Source: Hydrolagus affinis (Eukaryota). From it: DNA of 64,000 nucleotides. Positions 47,493 to 61,013 of this stretch are shown piece after piece; position 1 is the stretch's first letter, and the number at the start of each line of letters is the position of its first letter. Under the pieces are notes generated by a model, which searched no databases, was not told the origin of the DNA, and was given only the letters and a program-made list of their open reading frames with translations. The DNA lies in assembly GCA_012026655.1 (NCBI GenBank), contig JAAILG010000050.1:62001-126000 (forward strand), given 5' to 3'. The translations under genes were made by a program, and so were the position numbers.

Positions 47493-50400
47493 TCCTCCCA
47501 GGTAAAACTATGATGGTATTGTAGTAGAATACCAATTCCAAGGAATACAAACAATTGCAAAGATTAAGTTCCATCTGCAATGTTGCAATATGCAAGGACT
47601 GATGAAGTGAGTAAACATTTGTCTCACAGCGGTCTTCGTGATTCAAAAAAAGTAGTTATTTCTTCTTCATTCAATTACTATACAGCAAGTTGCGAGTCAG
47701 AAGCCTACTTGTCAGTATTTGACCTTTACTGCTGCTCTAGTTGAGATCCGGTAATTCAGCACAGACCAGGATTCAAACCTGTGACCTACTGTTGTGCTTG
47801 GCTCAGTGTTCTCCTGAGCAGTATACCTACAGGGCTTCCAGCGGAGCTGTGCATGGGGGAACATTAACTGGGAAGCCAATCTAAAACAGAGAACTGAAAT
47901 AAAATAGTGGGGTTTTATGAATTGTTGCGGAAATTAGGTAGATTTCATTCAAATTCAGGAAGAAACGCAAACTCGTAGAAAAATGCTTAAACATGCTGCT
48001 GATATCACTTCAAGTGATATAGAAAAGTTGGCTTTGATTTAAGCACTGGAAGCCGGGAAACACAGGTCCATAGGACACTAGCGCTATAAGCAAAGATGCC
48101 ATTGTTATGATGGGATTCCCTGCAGATGGATATGTATGTTCTTTAAACAGTTAAAGTTCAAAGTACTTATGCGTTGTATGTGTTTAAACTGAGTACCATT
48201 TTGACCAACAGGATAATACATAGGTGACGTTCTGAAAAATGTGCCAAGTATTTGTAGAAGTTTCAGATTATTTACACTGAAATTGGGACGTGTAAAGATA
48301 CATGGCCACTTTGTGAAAAACAGAATCTGTACAAAAGGTCAGGTTTTTTTTAAAGTTCTAAAATCATTTGCGGAAGCACTTTAAAAATATGGTTAGACTC
48401 TGAATTTAGGAACTGAATCCTGACACTATGGGTGAATAAAGTATTGATTATGTATGGCTGAGACTTAAATTTTAGCTGCACAATAAATACCAGCTTGGAA
48501 CATATACCAAAATACTGTGAGGCTGGCACATCCCAAGATATGAGTGATTGAATTTAAAAGAGGATAAAATCTGGCACATTATTTAATTCTGCACCCTCCC
48601 CCCACCCACCTCCCCACTCTCTCAACCAAGCTGGACAGTGACAAATTTACAAAGTGCGCAGATAACATACAAGAGCCTTGAACCTTGCTTCTGTGGACTA
48701 AGACAACATCAGGAAGGCCAAAGGTATTATTGCCAAGTAACTCAACAACACAATGTACTAAATGTATACCACAATTAGTCAATTTGGAGGTATTTATTAC
48801 CTGTCACCGACTAAACTTTGGACATGTGTTGTGGAACTGGTACTAATGTTTTGTTCCTTTGGAAATGCGAGTTAGTTTATATGTGACAGAAAGGGCTTAA
48901 GGATGTATGCTGAATTTACACACCATTATGATTCCTTGTGTGTGTAAGTGGAGATTATTTTATTGTTCAATGGAAATGTATTGTAAGAATTGTAAGTTTC
49001 CTTACTCCACAACCTAATAATAGTTCCTCTAAATAACTTGAGACGTTAAAACAGACATCTAGAAAAACACTATATCAAATACAAGGATTATTATTATTAA
49101 CGGAAATAAAATGGGGATTGCTTAAATGAACGCTGTATTTCAGAGAGAACAGGGATGCATACAATTAACATGGAGCTGGCACCACAAGGTGGCCTATAAT
49201 AATAAATAAATAATATTCCTTGCATTTGATATAGTGCCTTTATCATGTGCGAGATGTTGCAAAGCGTTCCACAGATTATGCTGTTAAGTAAATTGACTAT
49301 ATTTGCTTATAGAGACCTCCTTCCCTCCTCTGCATCCAACTCTGTCTCTGTGAAATTATGTAAGACATTATCCTATAGGAAGGGCATTCTATACGTACAA
49401 ATTATTGTTGCTGTATGCTAGTATGGCAGGAATACCTAATTTAGGTAAGCTATACCCCCATAGTTAGTCAGCACCTTCAGTAAAGGAGCAGAGAGTAAAG
49501 TGAAGAAAGTGAAAACACCACGTGGATATTATTTCAACATGACCTTTGGTTGAGTCTTAAGTAATAGCAGTGATCCAGTTTGCTGAAAACAAGTATTCAA
49601 GGGAATAGCACAGTAAACAAAACCCACTGATCCCAAATAAAATGCTGACAGGAGAGGAGCTGATTCCACTGTTCAGCCCCCTTCACAGTTTTGCAGACCC
49701 GAGGCTGTTCTGGTTATATGCCTATTATCTGCTGGTCGAGCGGACCTATTTAAAATGTCTGCTGTGCATGGTCTGCACTCCATTGGATGGAAAGGGAGGG
49801 GAGAAAAGAAACACAAGAGCTAGGCATAGTCACCAATACCTAAATACATTGGTTTTTGTTCACCTAACATTGCACCATCTTTGAACAATCAGGACGAAGG
49901 ATTCCAAATTATGTTGTTTGATATAAATTGCTGCTAAATTAAAGTATTTTCCATATACAGTACTGTATCGTAAATCCTTATTCCATTTAAGGACTTAGTA
50001 AGTGGGGGAGAGACGTGTAGTTTCCAAGGTTAATGGGAATCAATAGAAGAAAAATAAAATTTAGACATTGGTCTTAAATGTTTATTGAACAGACAAGGCC
50101 CTGGGCTGAAACTGGCTCTACCTGTTCTTTATTTTTTGGTTAGCTGGTTCTCTGACGCAGAAATCCATCACCATACTTAAAATGCTCAGACCAAATTAAT
50201 GAGAGTTGCAATAATATGTATGTAATAATTTATTGCCACAAACAGCTATAAAGTGAATGGCCCCTTTATCTGGATTGTTGGCTAGGACACCGAGGTAACT
50301 CCCTTCTCCCTTCAAGCTCTGGGACACTAGCTTGCGTGAGAAGCACTATATAAATACATATTGTGTTTCTTTTGAAGGAAGAGTGCCATGGGATTTTAGT

Positions 50401-51604
50401 ACCATGGGATCTATAACAACAACGTCACTTAAACAGGCAGACAGGACCTCAATTTAAATGTCTCAACAGAAAGATGGCATCTCCAATAATGCATCACTCC
50501 TTCATAACACATTTGAAGTGTCTCAACAGTGCCCTGAAGTACTCATTTGAATGAGGTTCCCTGGGGTAGTTTCAGTACTCCAATTCCTGAGCATGGAACC
50601 AAAGAGACCCTGTTTCATACCCCTTTTCCAATAGTCATCAGTCTGTTCACCGGAATTTTCTTGTCCTTTCCGCCACCCCTCTTCCCAATTGCATGTCATT
50701 AAAGTCATTGTAGGAAACCATGACTTTCAACCATCCCAGCAATCAATCAACCATAGAAAATTTACCTTAGAACAGAACAACATCTAGCTCATTATGTCAA
50801 TCCCAACTCCATCAGTTTGTTTTGCTCAGTGTGACCATCGGCATGCCTTATTCATCTGAGAGCAAAGAAAATAGTCATGCATGTTCATAAGTGATGTATA
50901 CTTTGGCAAATGAAACAGCAGTCTCTCTTTCTGTATATTGTGTACATATAATAAATATTTCAAAAATGAAGCAACTGTTTATTATCATCCTCTGTCTTAA
51001 CATAAGGGCTAGAGGCTAGTGAGAGGAAAAAAGTAATGACATTTTCCATGCGTAAGAAGCTACTCTGTACAAGCGAAAGGATCAAACTCTTACCTTTTTC
51101 ATCTGTATGGTTCAGTCATGCGTTCACCCACTGAGCACTTTCTTAATTTCCTGCTTCACTGCCGCTAAAATAGCAGCAAGTTTATTTATATCTAAAACAG
51201 GGTGTGGAAATATAAATTCCACCTCTATAGTACTGTATTCAACTCTTCAAACCCTAACTCAGTGACAGGAATTATTTTGTCCTTTGGGGAAGGCACCCAT
51301 AAAAATGATTCAAAATAAACTATGTTGTAGTCTTGTTAATAATAAACGCTAATAATAATAGCTATATCAAATGCAAAGATTATTATTATTATTACTTGTC
51401 CAGCTAGGACTATTCTACTCAATATAATAAAAGATTACATTGTAAAGTGCCTTTCACGCAGGGAGGACATCCTAGACTTTAGATTTGTCTATGAAATACT
51501 GTACTGCATTCTTCCCCAAGGAGGACATTTTATTGATCTAGAACGTGAACGGCTGAGTGAACCATCCCAAGTCCGATCTGCTGCCTAGGATACCAGACCA
51601 GATT

Positions 51605-51925
51605 GTGGTAGCTCAGTGGTTAGAGCACTCGCCTTACAAGTGGGAGACCTGGGTTCAATTCCAGGCAGTTTGGGCAAGTTTCCTTATTCCAATACCTATT
51701 TAATAATCCCTCCAAAAAAAAGCAATAATAAATTGGTCATTTCAATCCGCAACTGTTTGTGGAACACTGCTATGCGCAATTGGCTGCCTCGTTTTGCCTA
51801 CATATATACAGCCAATATACTTTGCAGTATATTCAGTGAAGTGCTTTGAGACGTCTAGAAGACATGAAAAACGCAATATCAAATGCATGGATTATTATGT
51901 TATTATATTATATATTATTATTATA
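51605..51925 (+). mobile_element. Full-length DeuSINE
   Basis: GTAGCTCAGTGGTTAGAGCACTCGCCTTACAAG head, core, tail, (ATT)n. Confidence 0.83.
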
Positions 51926-52867
51926 AGTCTCTCACCCTAGCGATCCTGCTCTGCAGACAGGGAATTTAATACTGTTGTTTAGATGTACTGTTCATCTTTT
52001 CATATGAACACAATGATGGCAACAATGTGTTCCCCAAAGAGATCTTGCTTACTGTTTTCTTTTTCATGATTTTAAAAATATTTTTGTTGTACAGTATCTA
52101 CTTGCAAACTGAAATGTAAGCTTTATATTTTAAACAAAGATAAAAACAGGGCAACAAACCATTTGTTTATACCTTTGTTTGAAATCCACAGATTATATTT
52201 CATAGGTACTGTACCTAGTTTTGTTGCTCCTGAGAGCTGGTCCAATGTGGTCGAAGGCCTATTATTGGGGATCTAATTTACTGCCTTGAAATGTTGCATA
52301 ATGCAGCTTTTCAGCACTGCAAGCACAATGCAATTTGATCCACAAGTCACCATCCTTTGAATTTGAAAGTTCAGGCTCAGCACATCTCAATAGCATTGAC
52401 TGTATTAGAACTGCATTCAGTGGTACTGCATTCAGTACACTCGCTCCTGTTTCCATTCTCATATGGCTATTGTAGAAAAAAAATAGTATTGCTGCCACCA
52501 ATTTGTCTGCCTCCTGTTTTTCTACTTCTATTCCACCTGTGGTTAGTTATTCCTATACCTAAAGCCTGACTTATGCTAGGGTATAGTTCCACTGATGTGA
52601 GCAGCCATTTGGAATCACATTCCATGTTTAAGCAAGGTGAGCATCAGAACAGAATCCAGTTATGTTCTTGCCCTATTCCCATAAATAATCCTGATTATCT
52701 AATTGATATTGAAAGAAGAAAAGCATTTTGATTATGTGTATGCTTGTGCGTACATATGTCTATCTGTGACTCTCACCTTGGAACACAGATAATTGCAACA
52801 ACCCATGACTGCTCTGGTGTGATGGAAATTTGTCACACAGGCATTTCCATGTATAGGTGGAGTGCAT

Positions 52868-52980
52868 GGAACTCTGAAATAAAAACAGAAGTCGCTGGGA
52901 ACACTCAGTGGGTCAGGCAGCATCTATTCAGAAAGGAAAGTGAATCAATGTTTTGGGTCCGAGACCCTTCGTCAGAACTG
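52868..52980 (-). mobile_element. Penelope-like terminal-repeat fragment with a degenerate hammerhead motif
   Basis: Reverse complement CAGTTCTGACGAAGGGTCTCGGACCCAAAACATTGA...GATGCTGCCTGACCCACTGAGTGTTCCCAGCGACTTCTG. Confidence 0.68.
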
Positions 52981-53419
52981 GGGCATATTGGGAGGGAGCG
53001 ACTTCAATGATGGGCCGGATGCAAGCACCAATTTGGACTGGTTGAACCAAATGTATGCAAGTGCCAATTTACATATATTTTGTGGCAGGCAGGGTGTATC
53101 GCCATCTGGTGGACCAATTGGGCAGATAACAAAGCAACAGCAACTCTAACCTGCGCTCAGTCATCAAACTTCATAAAGCAGAAGGACGCCTTTTAGATAA
53201 TTGAGTCTGCACCAGTATTCAGTGCCTTTGATGGAGAGAAACATCTTAGGAAACATCAACGAGGTGTTTCATAGAGATATTAGGTGGCTATTTTCTGTTT
53301 CTCCCCAAGTTTGGGAAAATTATTGAACTTGCAATGATATAATCCCAGTGGGGAAGGAGTATGATTAGGCTTATAGGGTGTGTGTGTTTGGAGAGGAGGG
53401 GAGAATGTGAGGAGGGAAA

Positions 53420-54140
53420 CAATAACAACAAAATTACATTTGTATAGCGCTTTTCATGTCAGGAGGACGTCCCAAGGCGCTGGACAGATACCGCTCCAGA
53501 CCCAAAAGATGGGTGGGGGGGGGGGGGAGGAGTTACCGATGGGTCCATCGAAGAGCAGAGTCTTGAGGCAAGACTTGAAGGAGGCCAGGGAGGGGGCAAG
53601 GTGGAGGGACTTTGGGATGGAGTTCCAGAGGTGAGGGCAGAGTGACTGAAGACTCACCCGCCAATGGTTGAGCGGGTAGGTCGGGGGAACGTGGAACAGG
53701 CCAGAGCCTGCTGAATGGAGGGGGTGGGCAAATTGGTAATGGGATAGGATATAGGGTGAGGCGAGGTTGTGGAGGGCTTTAATTGTCAGGACTAGGATCT
53801 TGAATTGGATCCTCTGGATGATGGGGAGCCAATGGAGTTAGGCAAGGATGGGGGAGATGGGGTCACGGAGTTTGGAATGGTAGAGGACACTGGCCGCAGA
53901 GTTCTGGATTATCTGCAGCCTGTGGAAAGGGGAATTGGGAAGGCCAACCAACAAGGCATTTGCATAGTTGAGCCGGGATGTAATGAAGGTGTGGATGAGG
54001 GTTTCAGCAGCTTTAGGGTTGAAGTAATGGCGGAGTCGGGAAATGTTGTGGAGGTGGGGAAAGGCAGACCAAGTGACATGGCTTGAATGTGAGGGAGGAA
54101 AGGCAGTTGAGGGTCGTACAAGACACCTTGTGAAATATTG
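53420..54140 (-). mobile_element. L2 LINE 3' ~700 bp with ORF2 remnant
   Basis: Minus strand reads AETLIHTFITSRLNYANALLVGLP...RLQIIQNSAA...LHWLPIIQRIQFKILVLTIKALH with stops; L2 tail and (TTG)n. Confidence 0.85.
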
Positions 54141-57100
54141 CCTTTTGAAAATTCTGAAGCCTTCAGTCTCAATAGCACTCTGCTGGGATGAAATTTTTAC
54201 TTGGCCATTTTTTAGATGTGAGCCTGGGCACTGTTGGCAAGAAGGTTAACTCCATCCGAGATTTCTGTGTAAAGCTGACACTCCCACGTCATGTTACACT
54301 ACTATTTTAGCACAAAATGTTGCAGGAACAAACTCAATTATCCCACCGCGTGAATCTTGCTGCATCACTCCTCACCTAAGACTTTTGTAGTCAAATCCTC
54401 CTGTAACAGTAGTGATCTGGAGCAGAAAACCTAGCTGTATTGTACATCCCCAATATTGCTGACAGATACCAATCATTGAGTTATTTGATTCTGTCACCAG
54501 GTGGCACTGTCTGTTTGCTTTTAGAACATGTTGCTATTGTATTAATGGCAGTTGCTTTTCTTACTTTCCTGTTTTTGATAAATTTTTCAAGTCTGTTTTT
54601 CTGTTTCTGTTGTTGTCATCACTCACCCCGTTGTACTCAATCACTTTCCTTGTCTCCTCTTGTAAAGTTGCTAAATAAGTTTAGAAGGCAATTCCATGAG
54701 AGCCAAGCAGCCCTCTGATGATACCTTGCCTTGCAAACCATTCTTTATGTCTGAGCCTAGTGAATGGAGGCTGTTTGGGAAGGGGTGGTGATGAATTGAG
54801 GTGGTGGAGAGATGTTAACAGCACAGTCAGGCTGGCTGATCGGCAGGATTTGGAAGGGTAGACAAGTCACTGGGAGCAGGGAATCATTCCACTCAGTTCC
54901 TCTTAACCCTGCAAGCCAAAGCTCTACCGGGTAGGATGGTCTTAGCTGTAGGAAAGCAGCAGAAAAGCTGGCCAGACAGTGTTGCCAAGCTATGTATTTT
55001 CAGTTGATTACAGTACATTACAGCAGTAACCCCAATGCACACTCTGGAGTCCCTGAGCCATGGCTCTCGCCAAGCTGCGCATAATAGTTTCCAGAATTAG
55101 GTAAGCATGTTGATGGGTTTCTGCATGTGTCAGATACGGCTGAACAAAAAAACAAGAGAAATTAACACAGCCAAGTCTAGTCTGATATTCATATACTGTA
55201 TATACCTTTGTAATAAGGATTTCTTGCAAGTGTTATTTAACTGTTATTTTCAATTCTTCCCTCCGTCCCAAAGCCAGGGGCCACAAAGTGGTTCAACAGT
55301 TGTGGATGGAGTAATTGATTCCAACTAAACTTGGATATGTGTTACATATGCAACAACAACAACGTGTGCCCCACACGCAGAGAAGCATTCCAAAGTGCTT
55401 GCAGTTTAACATCGAATGAGATGAGAAAATTCAGCTAAAACTTTATTTCCAACCTCTCCAATCAGTGGAAAATGGGCAAAAACATTACTAATTGCCAAAG
55501 ATTCTTAACCCCCACTCCCACCCCACCCATGACACATTGCCGGCCTTGTAGGGTTGAAACTGGTTCCTCTCTCACCTGTGTTTCACTTATGGATACCAAA
55601 CATTGGAACTGGAGCAAATCCTGCACTGAGAGAAAGCCAGAGCAAATGTAGGGCTGGGTATGTGGAGTAGGATTATCAAAGACAACCTTGCATTTATACT
55701 GTAACCTTCACATAGGGAAACTTCTAGGCATTTTACAGTGATGGGCTCAGATTCTAAGCAGAGGTGACCATCTCCAATTGAATGATGTAGCATCTTTGGA
55801 GTCCTCCCAACATGAATTTGGTAATATTTATGCGAGATTTAAAGAAAGGTGAATCGGGTGGGGCTACTATAGAGACGGAGTTCCATAGGTTAGGGCCACT
55901 GAATGTGAAAGCTTAGCCACGGATGGGCCGGAAGGACATGCAGTAAACCCAAGTTAGCTAAACAGAGGGGAATTAGCAGAGGAATGAGTAGGAGGAAATC
56001 AAAGGAGGTGGAGATAGAAGGTGCTATCTTAGAGGTGTGGATTTGAAGCTTCAAATTGATTCTCTGGCAGATAGGAAATATTGGAGCCTGGTGAGAATGG
56101 AGTTTACAATAAATTCAATAAGACCATCAGTATTTGGCATTACAGCTGAGAGGATAAAATTGGGGATGAAAGGGTAATAAAACCATCACATTATGTACAA
56201 ACTGAGATTAGCGCATAGAATAAGAAACAGAGTGAAATATCTCTTCCTAACATAGTTACATATTCTTCTGTGTGGGGGATTATCAGTAAGCTTCTAATGA
56301 TAAACATTACTAAGTAAAATTAAAGATATGTACAGGCCTTTAAAACATCCTATAATTAATGATGTGGCAAGTCCTTTTCTATATTTAATTCTAAATACAG
56401 TATATTCCTAAAATAAACATGATTGCAGATCAAATGAGCCTTCCATTGTATTTAATTGCTGAGCTCCAGTCATGTGAAGGTTATACTTGTTTATCTACAG
56501 ATGAATCAGAAACCAAAGCAGAAACCCATCTGCGTGTGAGAGAGGCTCAAAGTGCAGGCTGCTGCATGTGTGCAACAAAATGTGGCCACTCAGTTCATAG
56601 ATGGATTAAAATATAATCAAATACATCATCTTTACCTTCCCCTCCCCCGTTATGGCTCAGTTTATAAAGCGGCATTAAGACGCATTGGTCCATCATTTGT
56701 CAATTTGTTTAAAATATATAGAAATCACTGTTGGATTATGAAAATGGAATGTAAATATTGACAGATTCCATTGAGGCAAGACAGATCATAAATTGAATCC
56801 CTGGTCTTTGCTAAGTTTGTTGATGTCCGTATGTTGCAATATAAGGGATGGGGAGCAGTAAATTGAGTGAGGAGCTCTCCGCAGATGAGGAGTGAAATTG
56901 TTGGTCACAGCAAATACAAAATGCCAAGTGATTTGCAAAGCAAACTACCAACCACCCAGTTGAGAGGAAAGGATTCAACACTACATGATTGTTGAAACTG
57001 CATTTTAGCACAGAGCTCAGCCACATAAACCATAATCTAACAAAGAAAAGCTACAACATTTCACAACATTTACAACATTTCTTCAGAATGTAGAATGTAG

Positions 57101-58129
57101 AGCTAGGACGTTCTCTGTCTAAAAAATACGTTATCTTATCAAACCCATGATCTACTTTGCTCTTTTTTTAAAGCCAACCTAGTATCTGACCCATGGAAAC
57201 TCAAACTATTCTTTTAAACTAACCTACAGTGAGTCCTACATGTGTATCCTTTGTTTATCTGAACCAGAGTGTGTAGTCTCTCCATCAATATTACAACCTC
57301 AGTTCTTATAATTGACCATTATTACATCATGTGGACTGCAATAATATTAAAGTTTTTGTGCAAATATGTATAGTATTCATATTTCAACAGGCAGGTTTCT
57401 TCTTTTCCAAATTTGATGCAAAGAACTATAATCCCTCAGATTGTGCAGAATCCAACACAAGTTAAAAATAGCTGATCACTTTATCTGCAAAAGGTTATAT
57501 ATAGCTACCTTCAGTGGAGTAGATGGGCTAAATGGTCTCTTCGTACTGTTTAATTTCTATGATGCGTGACTCAAACCCAGCTTCTTGTTTAATTTGTTTA
57601 ATGCTCACACTGTTTGAATATGATGAACAATGAGTCATCTCTCTTATCTCTTTCAACGTCCTCTATTTTTTGGAGGCCTTTTAGGTTATTCCCAATTGAT
57701 GACTCGGTTAAACAGGTTGAAGAGTATGAGTACTGTACTATATTCTTATTCTCACTCATTCTAATTGAGGAGCACTAAACAATCGTTCTGGTCCAAAATT
57801 ACATTTATTTGCGAATGCAAATAAAATCCCAAAAGCCACAGGTAGGTGTAAGAAGAGCGGAGAGAGTTTCTCCCAGTATCCTGGCCATCAACTTCCCCCC
57901 GTCAAACCCAGTCGCTCAATTCATGGCTGTTTGTAGGACATCACAAGGGGCAAAACCGGTTGCTTTGTCTGCCTACAAATACACAGTCACTACACTTTAC
58001 ACCCAAATCCTGCGACAAGCTTTGAGGCATATTGACAACATGATAAGGTGCTAAAAAAAATAATGTGAGGGTTATCATTATAATAACATAATAGCCAACT
58101 GCATAATCCTTGTCCTCCTTACCCTACCT

Positions 58130-59240
58130 AGCCCAACCAATAGCAATGAATCCGGTTTAAAAAGAAAACAGCCAATCAGAGCGGGAACTGAGAGTAACCA
58201 ATCATTAGGCTTGGCCAGTCATGGTCACGATCTCCGCCAATCAACGGCGCGGGTTCATTACCTTCCCTGGCTCGGCCAATCAACAGCAGGGGCGTTCAGT
58301 CCCGCCCCCGCTTCGGTGCGGGCTAATAGGGTACCCGCGCTGGGTGTGATTGACAGCTGGAGCGGAGGCGGACAAACCAGCTCCGCATCAGGCTTTGCAG
58401 CTGGAGAAGCGCTCGCCGTTACCCGTACGACCCCCCGCCCCCCCCCTCGCCCTATTGCTGTCAGCGGCCGCTTCCCCTCACCCTCAGGAATCGCGCTGGG
58501 GGTGGGCGACAAACACACACTCACTCAAGAAGAGGGACCAACACGACACCTTTCCCGACATCTGAAGACAGTGCGCGGCCTGGGAGGGAGGGGAGGAAGA
58601 AGTAAAAAAAGGAGAAGAAGTGGGGTGTGAGGGGGGGAGGACAGAGCACCGCCGAGCTATTACGGGACTTACCGGGCTCCGATGAGGACGATACGATGCT
58701 CGGCTCTGGCTCCGTCACCGATTCCACCGGGATCCTCAAGGTGGCCCGAGGAAGACTAATGTGGGCAAGGCGCCGGCCAGTGTATCCCCGAACCTGACTT
58801 GATTTCCTTCCTCGGCCCCGAAGTAGGGGGGAGTGGGGGGGCGGGGGGGAGGGTGTCGGAAAGCATCTTCGCCTTTCCTCGCCCTTATCCTCCTCCACCA
58901 CCTCATCCTTCTCTTCTTCGTCCTTCTCGCCGTCGGTTGACGGTGTGGGAGATCGTTACCGTTTGAAAAGCGTCGCGCGGCGCCCGGGACTCACTGACTG
59001 ACTGACTGTCGCGCGCGCTTTGCTCGCTCGCTCGAGCTGGACTGACTGACTGACTGACTACCTACCTCGAACCGCCGCTTCTCGCTGCTACTGCTGAAGA
59101 AGAAGAAGAAGAAAAGGGACAGAGAGAGAGAGAGAAAGAAAAGAAAGCTCGTCATTTTTTTTTGTTGGGGAAGGGTTGAGGTGGGGCTTCAACTCCCCTT
59201 CTCTCTCTTTCTCGCGCTCTCTCTCTCTGCACCGACCCCG
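58130..59240 (+). promoter_or_regulatory. CpG island promoter and 5' UTR of EEIG1 with five CCAAT boxes and a GC box
   Basis: CCAAT at 58137, 58172, 58198, 58237, 58276; CCCGCCCCC at ~58301; CpG-dense. Confidence 0.75.
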
Positions 59241-59295
59241 ATGGCGTTCATCATGAAGAAGAAGAAATTTAAATTCCAGATTATCTTCAGCCTAG
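59241..59295 (+). CDS. EEIG1: EEIG1/FAM102A first coding exon, partial (MAFIMKKKKFKFQIIFSL...), NT-C2 domain start
   Basis: ccgATGG Kozak; MAFxMKKKKFKFQ matches the FAM102A N-terminus (recalled); head-to-head with SLC25A25 as in human; truncated by the gap. Confidence 0.88.
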
Positions 59296-59395
59296 NNNNN
59301 NNNNNNNNNNNNNNNNNNNNNNNNNNNNNNNNNNNNNNNNNNNNNNNNNNNNNNNNNNNNNNNNNNNNNNNNNNNNNNNNNNNNNNNNNNNNNNN
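59296..59395. other. Assembly gap (100 N)
   Basis: Run of N within a GC-rich exon. Confidence 1.
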
Positions 59396-59618
59396 GGGGG
59401 GGTGGGGGGGGATAGTTACAGTTGTAATACTCGCTTGTTTACACTCCTTGCTATATTCCCCCCAAATCACAACTTTGGAAGGGGCGTTTGGAAAGGTACC
59501 TTTGAAAAGGACAAAAAATTGCCATGGATATGAGGGAAAAGGGTGGTGGTTGTGATGGGGGGTGGGGGGGGCGGGAATGCTACCTTGCTTGAGGAGAGAC
59601 ACTATATAAATGCAAGTT

Positions 59619-59810
59619 AATAATAAATAATCCTTGCATTTGATATCGCGCCCTTTCACGTCTTCTAGACGTCTCAAAGCGCTTCACGGAATATACTATA
59701 CTATAAGGTGAATTGACTGTATATTTGTGGGCGAAAAGTGGCAGCCAATTGCGCACAGCAGTGTCCCTCAAACAGCCATGGATTTAAATGACCCAATTTT
59801 TATTGTTTTT
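59619..59810 (-). mobile_element. DeuSINE 3' half
   Basis: Core and tail consensus. Confidence 0.8.
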
Positions 59811-60839
59811 TTAAGGGAAGTTGTTGTTTGGGCAGCTCTTCCAAAGAGCAGGCATAAGCACAGTGGACCGAATAGCCTCCTTCTGTGCTTGTAATATTGT
59901 CACATCATTCAGCTCTTCACAGAATATACTGTAAAATGAGTTGACTTTTCAAGGGCTATTGGGGACAGTGGGTCCTATCAAATAAATGTTCACTTCTATT
60001 TTAACTTGATACGCAGTCACCAAAGGGAGCAATTCATTGTTTAAATTTTAATTAAAAGTTTTTTTTCAAAAAAGATTTGAGATGGAGGGATAGGTGAGCA
60101 GCAAGGGCCAAGCATTTTTTCAGATTTGCTTGGCCTTAGCCAGGATAATAGTGGAGCCACTAAAATTAGATTAGAGGGAAATTCCAGCCAAGGTTCTCTC
60201 TCCTGCTTTGTTATCTATCTTTTGTTAAAACAGGATGCAATGTTCCCTGGTATACTTACTTACATTATTTTAATCTTAATGTTTAAAATGTAATCTAAAT
60301 GTTATCTGATTATTGATATTTTAAGGATTTGAATCTTAAAATTTAGGATTATTTAAAATCTTGAGGATGTTTTAGGATCCTTTTGAAACTTTTAATCAAG
60401 ATTGTTACTTGTAATGCTCCAGGTGCTCATCACTCTCTTCCTCATATTCATGTACATACAGGTAGAAGTAGAACATTTTGATGTAGAATTGTTATACTAA
60501 CACAGGTTTATTACCTGATCAATAACTGCAAGTGGAAAAAAAACTAGGTGTTAGTCAGCAGAATATCAATGTTCATGAGAAAGCTTAAAAGTAACAGTAA
60601 AGAATGTTGAATAAACATACGCTCAAATACAAAATAAACCCCTGCAAACCAAAGGTGTCACTGACGTTTTGAAGTAACCGCAGGTCACGGAATGTGGTAA
60701 ATTATAGCAGCAGCTCTTCATCTGCAGCATGTCCTCTTCTTCCTGTGGTTAGAAACTGTCATCCATCATTGTTCTATACATTTCTGTTCAGAAACAGAAG
60801 TACATAAATTTCATAGTAAATTTGTTATTCACCTCGTAG

Positions 60840-61013
60840 TTTTGGATTATTTCAATGCACGACTGTTTGTGGGACACTGCTGTGCGCAATTGGCTACCAT
60901 GTTGCGCCCACAAATACACAGTCAATTCACTTTACACTGTATTCTGTGAAGCACTTTGAGACATCTAGAAGACATGAAAAGTGTTAAATCAAATGCAAGG
61001 ATTCTTATTATTA
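60840..61013 (+). mobile_element. DeuSINE 3' half
   Basis: Core and tail consensus. Confidence 0.8.

Noticed and set aside
58211-58901. ORFs of 139 and 126 aa in the EEIG1 CpG island
   Set aside because: Low-complexity, stop-poor GC-rich DNA with no recognisable domain
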